Positions 16,650 through 23,384 of a stretch of DNA of 64,000 nt are shown here, piece after piece (within the stretch, counting starts at the first letter, position 1; each line of letters begins with the position of its first letter). Below the pieces are notes generated by a model that ran no database searches, had not been told where the DNA came from, and saw only the letters and a program-made list of their open reading frames with translations. The DNA comes from Treponema sp. Lineage in GTDB: Bacteria; Spirochaetota; Spirochaetia; Treponematales; Treponemataceae. The position numbers and the translations under genes are program-made. The stretch is from NCBI GenBank assembly GCA_050873685.1, contig JBNMJH010000009.1:43591-107590 (forward strand), read 5' to 3'.

Positions 16650-17687
16650 TTAGAAACTTCCCGCAACTGCAACTGCGCAAGCTACTGTGCAGCCGACCAT
16701 CGGGTTGTTGCCCATGCCCATGAAGCCCATCATTTCTACGTGCGCTGGAACTGAAGAAGAACCAGCGAACTGAGCGTCTGAGTGCATTCGGCCCAAAGTA
16801 TCTGTAAATCCATAAGAAGCAGGACCTGCAGCCATGTTGTCCGGGTGCAAAGTGCGTCCAGTTCCGCCGCCAGAAGCTACAGAGAAGTATTTTTTGCCTG
16901 CGAGCAAGCGCTCCTTCTTGTAAGTTCCTGCAACCGGGTGCTGGAAGCGAGTTGGGTTTGTAGAGTTTCCTGTGATAGAAACATCAACATCCTCGTGCCA
17001 CATGATTGCAACACCTTCGCGAACATCGTCAGCGCCGTAGCACTTTACGATAAGACGCTCAGGATTGTTTCCATAAGGAATTTCTTTTACAACAGTCAAA
17101 GCCTTGTCTGTGCCTTCACCGTTGAAGTAGTCAAACTTAGTCTGAACATAAGTGAAGCCATTTATGCGGCTGATAATCTGGGCAGCGTCCTTTCCAAGTC
17201 CGTTCAAAATAACGCGGAGCTTGTTCTTGCGAACTTTGTTTGCGTTTGCAGCAATCTTGATTGCGCCTTCTGCAGCGGCAAAAGACTCGTGTCCGGCAAG
17301 GAATGCAAAGCACTGTGTCTCTTCAGAAAGAAGACGAGCTCCAAGGTTTCCGTGTCCAAGACCAACTTTTCGGTCATCAGCTACAGAACCTGGCAGACAG
17401 AAAGCCTGAAGTCCCTTTCCAATATTTGCGGCAGCTGTTGAACCAGTCTTGTCGCCTGTTTTTTCAGCTTCCTTGATTGCAATTGCAGAGCCAAGAACAT
17501 AAGCCCATTTAGCATCTTCAAAACAAATCTGCTGAGTAGACTGGCAGATTTCATAAGGATCAAAACCACGAGCCTTGCAAAGGTCACGAGCTTCCTGAAG
17601 TCCTTTTTCGCCTTCAGAAAAACCATATTCTTTAAGAGCCTTGTTTACCTGCGGGATACGGCCTTCAAAATCTTCAAACAATGACAT
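16650..17687 (-). CDS. GGGtGRT-family protein (conserved, function unknown)
   Basis: It contains the eponymous motif SGGGTGRTLHPDNMAAGPASYG. Confidence 0.8.
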   Translation of the reverse strand: MSLFEDFEGRIPQVNKALKEYGFSEGEKGLQEARDLCKARGFDPYEICQSTQQICFEDAKWAYVLGSAIAIKEAEKTGDKTGSTAAANIGKGLQAFCLPGSVADDRKVGLGHGNLGARLLSEETQCFAFLAGHESFAAAEGAIKIAANANKVRKNKLRVILNGLGKDAAQIISRINGFTYVQTKFDYFNGEGTDKALTVVKEIPYGNNPERLIVKCYGADDVREGVAIMWHEDVDVSITGNSTNPTRFQHPVAGTYKKERLLAGKKYFSVASGGGTGRTLHPDNMAAGPASYGFTDTLGRMHSDAQFAGSSSVPAHVEMMGFMGMGNNPMVGCTVACAVAVAGSF

Positions 17688-17710
17688 ATCTATATCCTCC
17701 GTTCCTGCGT

Positions 17711-18412
17711 TTAGTTTTTGCGAGGGTCGATAAGTTTTACCATACCCTGATCTTCTGTTACACGGCCATAATGAGTTCGTGCGCCTTTAATAGCTTCATC
17801 AGCAGGCTTTCCAGCCTTAAGAGCGTCCATCAATTTTCCGAAGTTGATACAGTTGTAGCCAATAACCTGATTGTCCTTGTCAACAGCCATAGTTTCAACA
17901 TAGCCTTCTGTCATCTCAAGGTAGCGAGGACCAGTCTTGCGTGTTGCGAACATAGTTCCAACCTGAGAACGAAGGTTCTTTCCAAGGTCTTCCAAAGAAG
18001 CACCAACTTTAAGACCATTCTTAGAATAAGCAGACTGAGAGCGTCCGTAAACAATCTGCATGAAAAGTTCGCGCATAGCAGTATTGATAGCATCGCAAAC
18101 AAGGTCAGTGTTCAAAGCTTCAAGCAAAGTTTTTCCGATAAGAATTTCAGAAGCCATAGCAGCTGAATGAGTCATACCAGAACAGCCAATTGTTTCAACC
18201 AATGCTTCTTCAATAATACCATCTTTGATGTTCAAAGAAAGCTTGCATGCTCCCTGCTGTGGTGCACACCAGCCGACACCGTGTGTAAAACCAGAAACAT
18301 CTTTGATTTCCTTAACCTGAACCCATTTTCCTTCTTCCGGAATAGGAGCTGGTCCATGATATGCGCCTTTTGCCAAAGGACACATATGCTCTACTTCTGC
18401 AGTGTAGATCAT
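17711..18412 (-). CDS. NifU/IscU-like Fe-S scaffold-domain protein
   Basis: ETIGCSGMTHSAAMASEILIGKTLLEAL resembles the IscU GC...AS...G core, with upstream Cys residues (HMCP, GWCAP, GACK). The gene is adjacent to the GGGtGRT gene. Confidence 0.6.
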   Translation of the reverse strand: MIYTAEVEHMCPLAKGAYHGPAPIPEEGKWVQVKEIKDVSGFTHGVGWCAPQQGACKLSLNIKDGIIEEALVETIGCSGMTHSAAMASEILIGKTLLEALNTDLVCDAINTAMRELFMQIVYGRSQSAYSKNGLKVGASLEDLGKNLRSQVGTMFATRKTGPRYLEMTEGYVETMAVDKDNQVIGYNCINFGKLMDALKAGKPADEAIKGARTHYGRVTEDQGMVKLIDPRKN

Positions 18413-18556
18413 TTAATCCCCCAAACTGCCGCCAAAACGGCAAAGAATTTCCATAAAAATTTTCTATAGAATATTACCACTAACTATTTTTTATCACAAT
18501 AAAAGGTTAGCAGGGGGTAACTAAAAAAAGCAAACACTTTCTATCCAGTCCGAATT

Positions 18557-19505
18557 TCATTCAAGTTTCTGTTTTATTTCCAGAACTTCTTCTATAGAAA
18601 GATTTGTCGCGGCGGAAATCTGCTCTGGAGAGCCAAGCCCCATTTTCAAAAGATTCTGGGCGGTTTCAACAGCTTTGCTATTCGCGCCTTCGATAATTCC
18701 GGCAGACCTTCCTTCTTTTATACCTTCCTCACGTCCTTCTTTCCTGCCTTCCGACAGCCCGGCCTCGCGGGCTTCCTCTTTCCATTCGCGCACCTGGTCA
18801 TCCCACAGCATATACTCTGCCCTCCATTTCTGGTGGCTCTTGCACACCTCGACTTCGCTCTGAATTCGGCGGGTTATGGCGTCCGACGCGGAGCGGTTTT
18901 TCAGGAACTCCAGAAACGAGCGCACCGCCGGATTCTCCGCCTTCGCGAAGTCGCTTGCATTATAAATCACTTTGTGGATTCTGTCATTCAGAATCCTGTC
19001 GCCGTCCTCTTCCCTCGTGACGAAGCTGTACACCGGCTTTCCGTCGCCGAACGGGTCTTCAAGGCAGATGAAAATGATGTATGACTCCTTCATCCTGCGG
19101 TAGCTTTCGCCGCGGCCCAGGTTTTCCACGTCGATTATGCTCTGGTAGTAGCGCATGCGGAGCCCTTCATCTGCCCGGACAACTGTCTGCATTTCTAACA
19201 AAACCATTTACTTATCTTTCATAATATTACCACTTCAGGTTTTGTTTCCAGTTTTGACAAGCAAAACTGGCCAATGGATTTACCACTTTGTCGGAATCCT
19301 CCAGATATGCGTCCAGCCTGACTCCGCGCCCGTCGTAAAGCTCGCCTAGCGAATACTGCGACGTCAGAAACTCAATCTTTCCGACCTTGACTCCAAGCAG
19401 GCTTTCCACAACGCCCTTCGCGATTTCCGGCTCGCGCATTATCTTGCTGAACAGAAAGTCGTCCGTGAAAAACAGATCCTCGTATTTTTTTGATTCGTAT
19501 CCCAT
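18557..19505 (-). pseudogene. Rpn-family (YhgA-like PD-(D/E)XK) recombination-promoting nuclease, disrupted
   Basis: The N-terminal 70 aa (19505 downward) and the remainder (19207 downward) each align to the intact paralog at 19673-20506. They are separated by stops and a frame change around 19208-19290. Confidence 0.75.
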
Positions 19506-19520
19506 TTTGCCTCCGAATAT

Positions 19521-19564
19521 TTATCGCGGAAAAATTGCAAAAATGGAAATGAATCACAAAAAAA
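19521..19564 (-). repeat. Rpn-leader repeat, copy a
   Basis: ttatcgcggaaaaattgcaaaaatggaaatgaatcacaaaaaaa lies directly upstream (in gene sense) of the disrupted rpn start. Confidence 0.85.
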
Positions 19565-19576
19565 TCTTCCAATCTT

Positions 19577-19615
19577 AAAAAAAAACACGCCGAGTTTTTT
19601 TAAATTCTCGGCGTG
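19577..19615 (-). terminator. rho-independent terminator of the intact rpn gene
   Basis: A 9-bp perfect stem pairs cacgccgag (19586-19594) with ctcggcgtg (19607-19615). On the minus strand it is followed by T9 (plus-strand A9 at 19577-19585). Confidence 0.75.
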
Positions 19616-19672
19616 AATTTTTAAAAACTCGGCGTGTTTTCAGTCAATTCTCGCCGAGAATTTTTGTTTTAA

Positions 19673-20506
19673 TCAGCGTGCAGTTTTTGCTTCTTTTTGC
19701 AATTCAAGCACTTTTTCCAGCGGAAGACTGGTGTATTTTGACACAGACTGAGGAGACAAATTGTCTTTCAACATCTTCTGCGCGGTTTCAATTCTGTTTT
19801 CATTTAGAGCTTTTTTTGCGGCCAAATCCGCCTGAAGCTCCACTTCTTCTTGCCAAGTCATAAATTCGTGCCTCCAGCGAGCGTTCATCTTTAGTCGGTC
19901 AACGATTGCGGAGATTTTCTCTGAAAAATCGGAACTTGGTTCTTTTCCGCAAAGATATCTAAAGAATGATTTCAACTCTTCGGACTTCATTGTATCATAC
20001 TTTCTGGCGTTGAAGAAGATTTTGTGCGTTCCGTCGTTCATTTTGATTTCCGGGCTCTCGGTGCAGACATTCTCAAAAGTGTAGACAGGCAGACCAGAAC
20101 CGAAAGCGTCGCCAAGGCATAGGAAGATGACGTAGGTTTCGTTCAGATCCTTGTATTTCGTGCCTGTGAAAACGCTGTCAACGTCCATCAATCCCTGGTA
20201 ATAGCGGGTTCGTTTTGCAAGCGCCAGCTCCTTTTCAACAGAAGTCTGAACCTCGATGTCAAAGCAGCGGCCGGTTCCGTCCTTTACATAAACGTCCAGG
20301 CGGATTCCCCGGGAATCGTAGTCGGCCTTGATTGCGCGCTCGGCTTCCGGAATTCCAATTCTTTCAATCTTAATGTTCAGCAGAAGCTCAAGCATTTCCT
20401 TGCAGATGTCGGGATTGTTTTCCATAACCTTACAAAAAATGTAATTATCTGCAAAAGTGAGTTTTTCCCACTTTTCCGCGGGTGTAAGTTCATTTTTATT
20501 TCGCAT
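19673..20506 (-). CDS. Rpn-family recombination-promoting nuclease / putative transposase (TIGR01784-type)
   Basis: The 277-aa product has a typical family N-terminus, LTFADNYIFCKVMENNPDICKEMLELLL...RGIRLDVYVKDGTGRCFDIEVQT, with D/E/Q nuclease-core context. The conserved tail reads AQKMLKDNLSPQSVSKYTSLPLEKVLEL. Confidence 0.8.
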   Translation of the reverse strand: MRNKNELTPAEKWEKLTFADNYIFCKVMENNPDICKEMLELLLNIKIERIGIPEAERAIKADYDSRGIRLDVYVKDGTGRCFDIEVQTSVEKELALAKRTRYYQGLMDVDSVFTGTKYKDLNETYVIFLCLGDAFGSGLPVYTFENVCTESPEIKMNDGTHKIFFNARKYDTMKSEELKSFFRYLCGKEPSSDFSEKISAIVDRLKMNARWRHEFMTWQEEVELQADLAAKKALNENRIETAQKMLKDNLSPQSVSKYTSLPLEKVLELQKEAKTAR

Positions 20507-20724
20507 GAAAATCTCCTCTACAGCCTGAATGTTGATTTTTTTTACAAAAGAGATAGAAGCGCAGGCAGATTTGCAGTTTGTGAAGACTTTGGGCGATTCA
20601 AAAAATTAAAGTGCAGCGCACCCGAATCATTACAAGCGGAGCGCGAGCCCAATCCGTCTGGAGCAAACTGTAAATCCGCCGGAAGCGACTTTTCACGATT
20701 TTCAAAAATTAAACATTCATATAC

Positions 20725-20768
20725 TTATCGTGGAAAAATTGCAAAAACGGAAATGAATCACAAAAAAA
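20725..20768 (-). repeat. Rpn-leader repeat, copy b
   Basis: ttatcgtggaaaaattgcaaaaacggaaatgaatcacaaaaaaa lies ~215 bp upstream of the intact rpn ATG and abuts the higA 3' end. Confidence 0.85.
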
Positions 20769-20784
20769 GAGGAGAGATTTTTTC

Positions 20785-21084
20785 TTATATTTTTAAAAGC
20801 ACTTTTTCCGCAGTTTCTGCAGTTTTGGGAAGAGCAACGATTTCCAGTCCCATTCCAAGGCTGTCAAGGTAGTCAATAAGGGTAGAGATTTTTATGTCTT
20901 TTCGTTTTTCAATTTTTGAAACAGCTGTCTGTGTAAAATTCTGCATTTCAGACTGCTTTATATTTTGCTCTTCACGAAGCTGAGCAAGGTGGATTGAAAG
21001 AATTTCCTGCTCAGCCTTCAGGCGGGCACGCCGAACAGAGTCTTCAGACATCTGCGATTCCATCATTTTTACGGCATTTTTCAT
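20785..21084 (-). CDS. higA: XRE-family HTH antitoxin (HigA-like)
   Basis: NIKQSEMQNFTQTAVSKIEKRKDIKISTLIDYLDSLGMGLEIV is an HTH plus the typical C-terminal pattern. AGGAGG lies 6 nt upstream of the ATG at 21084. The gene overlaps the toxin gene. Confidence 0.75.
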   Translation of the reverse strand: MKNAVKMMESQMSEDSVRRARLKAEQEILSIHLAQLREEQNIKQSEMQNFTQTAVSKIEKRKDIKISTLIDYLDSLGMGLEIVALPKTAETAEKVLLKI

Positions 21085-21466
21085 TTTTTTCCTCCTGATC
21101 TTTTTCGTGGATCGCTATGATTCCTTCAGCTTCAGCAATAAGATTTTTGTAGAACTTATTTTGGTCTTTTCCTTTTTTGTCACCACCAGTAAGCAAAAAC
21201 GCTTTACGCTCAGAATCAAAATAATATGCAAATCTAAGAATATGATTTTTAGTTCTATTTCTAAGTTCTTTCAAATTAGAATGGTTTTTATTGCCATGCA
21301 GAACATCTGCATAAGGTCTAGGAAGATTCGGTTCTAAGCGCTGCAAAAGCAAAACTCGTTCCAGTACAGCTTCTTTAGATTCATCGTCTAAAGAACTGAA
21401 CCACTTATCATATTCGTATGATGATGCAACTTCCCATACAACTTTATTATATGCACTTGGATTCAT
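21044..21466 (-). CDS. higB: RelE/ParE-superfamily toxin, HigB/Gp49-like
   Basis: DKWFSSLDDESKEAVLERVLLLQ...LHGNKNHSNLKELRNRTKNHILRFAYYFDSERKAFLLTGGDKKGK is the characteristic killer-protein pattern. I set the start at ATG 21466 (MNPSAYNK), not the TTG at 21475. Confidence 0.75.
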   Translation of the reverse strand: MNPSAYNKVVWEVASSYEYDKWFSSLDDESKEAVLERVLLLQRLEPNLPRPYADVLHGNKNHSNLKELRNRTKNHILRFAYYFDSERKAFLLTGGDKKGKDQNKFYKNLIAEAEGIIAIHEKDQEEKNEKCRKNDGIADV

Positions 21467-21501
21467 ATTTGTCAAATAACAATATAAAAAGAGACGAATC
21501 T

Positions 21502-21591
21502 TTCGCGATTTCCGGCTCGCGCATTATCTTGCTGAACAGAAAGTCGTCCGTGAAAAACAAATCCTCGTATTTTTTTTGATTCGTACCTCAT
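21502..21591 (-). pseudogene. 5' remnant of a third rpn gene (first ~30 codons, frameshifted)
   Basis: 21502-21653 aligns to 19417-19566 with about 8 differences, including T8 versus T7. The homology stops abruptly ~35 bp from the higB start. Confidence 0.8.
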
Positions 21592-21606
21592 CTTGCCTCC
21601 AGATAT

Positions 21607-21651
21607 TTATCGCGGAAAAATTGCAAAAAACGGAAATGAATCACAAAAAAA
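21607..21651 (-). repeat. Rpn-leader repeat, copy c
   Basis: ttatcgcggaaaaattgcaaaaaacggaaatgaatcacaaaaaaa. Confidence 0.85.
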
Positions 21652-21673
21652 TCAAGGAAATTTTCACCGCCAG

Positions 21674-21859
21674 TTTTAGTTTTAATCAGCATGCCACTGA
21701 CTAGCAAATCAGCACGGCGCTTATTAGCTAGTCAGCACAGCACTGACTAACTAATCATCATAACACTGACTAGTTAATCAACAGACTGCTGATTATGTTA
21801 ATCATTAGACCGCTGATTAGACTAATCAGCGGCTCACTGACTAGTTAATCAGCGGTGTG
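21674..21859. repeat. tandem array: 7 units (plus 1 degenerate) of 23-24 bp, each with a 16-17-bp imperfect palindrome CTGAYTAG-N-TAATCAG
   Basis: Units start at 21697, 21720, 21743, 21766, 21789, 21813 and 21837, giving spacings of 23, 23, 23, 23, 24 and 24 bp. Unit 21813 (ctgattagactaatcag) is a perfect palindrome. There is no ORF of 60 aa or more in any frame. Confidence 0.9.
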
Positions 21860-21991
21860 TTGCACGGAAAGGAGATAAACCGCGTTATGGAAACAATTCA
21901 GAGGCTGCTATGGACTTGTTCAGAAGTATTCTACGGACATAAAGCGAGGCGTTGCATTACTGTATTTGCAGAGCCGCAAGTATAGTGAAGG

Positions 21992-22013
21992 AACGGAAAT
22001 GAATCACAAAAAA
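21992..22013 (-). repeat. Rpn-leader repeat, partial copy d
   Basis: acggaaatgaatcacaaaaaa. Confidence 0.7.
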
Positions 22014-22026
22014 TTCATGTCCTCGA

Positions 22027-22190
22027 GTTTTTATTTTTTGAAACAGCTGTCTGTGTAAAATTCTGCATTTCAGACTGCTTTATATCCTGTTCTTCTCGAA
22101 ACTGGGAAAAGCAGATTGAAAGAATTTCTGTCTCAGACTTCAGGCGGACACGCCGAACAGAGTCTTCAGACATCTTTGATTCAATCGTCC
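22027..22190 (-). pseudogene. truncated duplicate of higA (N-terminal half only)
   Basis: It aligns to 20906-21065 and includes a 49-nt identical run (ttttgaaacagctgtctgtgtaaaattctgcatttcagactgctttata). It would encode MSEDSVRRVRLKSETEILS...MQNFTQTAVSK followed by a premature stop. Confidence 0.75.
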
Positions 22191-22198
22191 ATAAAAAA

Positions 22199-23170
22199 CT
22201 AAAAGACTGAAAAAGTCATACCTATTTTTAATCCATAAAGAATAGTGCTGCTGCCAGATTTTTGCCTTGAAAGGACAGGTTTTGAACTATAGTAATTATG
22301 ATAAAAATTTCCTTTCATTAAATTTCCGTTCAATAAATCAAGTTCAATCAATGCAGCAATATTACTTGAAAATTTATAGCTAGAATAAACAGAAAACTTC
22401 AAATAATCAAATGAACCTTTTTGATAGCCGTTCAAATTGTACCAGCTATTTTTTGCAAAATGCTTGTCATAAGTTACTATATAAGAAAAGAAACTGAAAT
22501 TTAAATTGAAACCAAACAATATTTTTTCAGAAGGATATATTTCACATAAAAAGCCAGAAAAAAAATTAAAATACAATCTTTCTAAATCTATACCATATAC
22601 TTTGTGATATGCAGCATATTCACTATTCCATGGAACATCTTTTCCATTCAAGGAATAATCTTCCGCCCCGAAATACCCATAACCATTACCGGCTTCTATT
22701 TTGAAATACGAATAATCAAAAGTAAACAAAGGTGAAAATGTAAAATATTTTTTTTCAGTGTTTTTATTTGCAAGACTAAAGTTATATCCAAGTCCAATAG
22801 ATGAATTGAAAATCAAGCCAACATTCTCTTCCAATTTTGAATAAATGGTTTTTATTTCTCCAGAAGCGTTCCAGTCGCTGTCATACAAAGTTCCGCATTT
22901 TACAGGCAACGCAAAATCTGCATTTCCAAGAATATAGATATTTTTCCATCCGAATTTTGCCTTTGCTCCAAACTGATACAATGAATTCAAGTTCCATTCA
23001 AGCTTACTTTTCATTATTGAATCATCGGAGCTTGAATAAATCAATTCATTCAAACAACCTTTTGAGAAACTAAAATAAGGTGTAATTTCAAGCAGAAAAT
23101 CCTTTTTTTGTTCAGAAAACGCAGAAACGCCAAATACAAAAAAAACAAATAAAAAACAATAATTCCGCAT
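22199..23170 (-). CDS. omptin-like outer-membrane beta-barrel (putative protease), paralog A
   Basis: It has a signal peptide MRNYCFLFVFFVFGVSAFS and a C-terminal aromatic residue (TFSVF). LYDSDW matches the OmpT Asp83/Asp85 DxDW region and YDKHF matches the Asp210/His212 DxH region. It alternates aromatic and aliphatic beta-strand patterns. Confidence 0.55.
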   Translation of the reverse strand: MRNYCFLFVFFVFGVSAFSEQKKDFLLEITPYFSFSKGCLNELIYSSSDDSIMKSKLEWNLNSLYQFGAKAKFGWKNIYILGNADFALPVKCGTLYDSDWNASGEIKTIYSKLEENVGLIFNSSIGLGYNFSLANKNTEKKYFTFSPLFTFDYSYFKIEAGNGYGYFGAEDYSLNGKDVPWNSEYAAYHKVYGIDLERLYFNFFSGFLCEIYPSEKILFGFNLNFSFFSYIVTYDKHFAKNSWYNLNGYQKGSFDYLKFSVYSSYKFSSNIAALIELDLLNGNLMKGNFYHNYYSSKPVLSRQKSGSSTILYGLKIGMTFSVF

Positions 23171-23178
23171 ATAAATTA

Positions 23179-23217
23179 AAAAACAAAAAAAGGACGCTGG
23201 TAAAAAATCCAGCGCCC
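23179..23217 (-). terminator. terminator between the small lipoprotein ORF and omptin-like gene A
   Basis: The stem pairs cgctgg (23195-23200) with ccagcg (23209-23214), with flanking G-C pairs. On the minus strand it is followed by TTTTTTTGTTTTT. Confidence 0.55.
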
Positions 23218-23228
23218 CGTTATTTTAT

Positions 23229-23384
23229 TTATTTTGCTTCCTGAACTACAACTGTTGAATCTGCGTCAACTGTATTTGGAGTTTTCGCCTGCGAAGAAAC
23301 TTTTGTTGACGCACAGCTTGCAAAAAAGAATACAGTCAAAACAGAAACAACAAGAATTCTTGTAAATTGCAAAGACTTTCTCAT
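23229..23384 (-). CDS. small lipoprotein (51 aa), not in the ORF track
   Basis: My own translation gives MRKSLQFTRILVVSVLTVFFFASCASTKVSSQAKTPNTVDADSTVVVQEAK. The ATG follows immediately after the TAA of the upstream lipoprotein gene (gaggaaTAAATG), and the lipobox is FASC. Confidence 0.5.
   Translation of the reverse strand: MRKSLQFTRILVVSVLTVFFFASCASTKVSSQAKTPNTVDADSTVVVQEAK

Noticed and set aside
19628-19662. A second ctcggcgtg copy and the palindrome aattctcgccgagaatt, considered as independent regulatory sites downstream of the intact rpn gene.
   Set aside because: They are most simply part of the terminator or alternative-hairpin region of the rpn gene. They are mentioned only for their similarity to the 26923-26937 palindrome.
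18557-20506. Calling the Rpn / 'putative transposase' genes an IS element or transposon.
   Set aside because: I found no terminal inverted repeats or target-site duplications bounding the genes. The family is a PD-(D/E)XK nuclease, not a proven transposase. They are reported as CDS and pseudogene, and only the surrounding scars are flagged.
20561-20686. A known small RNA (SRP/4.5S, 6S, tmRNA or RNase P fragment).
   Set aside because: The CCGGAAGC stretch only superficially resembles the SRP domain IV motif, and the overall sequence does not match any RNA consensus I can recall. It is left as an unclassified structured element.
21674-21859. Possible CRISPR array, because of its regular repeats.
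   Set aside because: The period is only 23-24 bp and there are no unique spacers between repeats. Each unit is palindrome plus a short tail, no cas genes lie in the window, and there is no leader-like asymmetry. I call it a tandem palindromic repeat instead.
21887-21985. 32-aa ORF (METIQRLLWTCSEVFYGHKARRCITVFAEPQV) with GGAG upstream, between the palindrome array and the leader fragment.
   Set aside because: The RBS spacing is 12 nt, which is long. There is no recognisable feature, and the ORF lies in a region of recombination debris. Support is insufficient.
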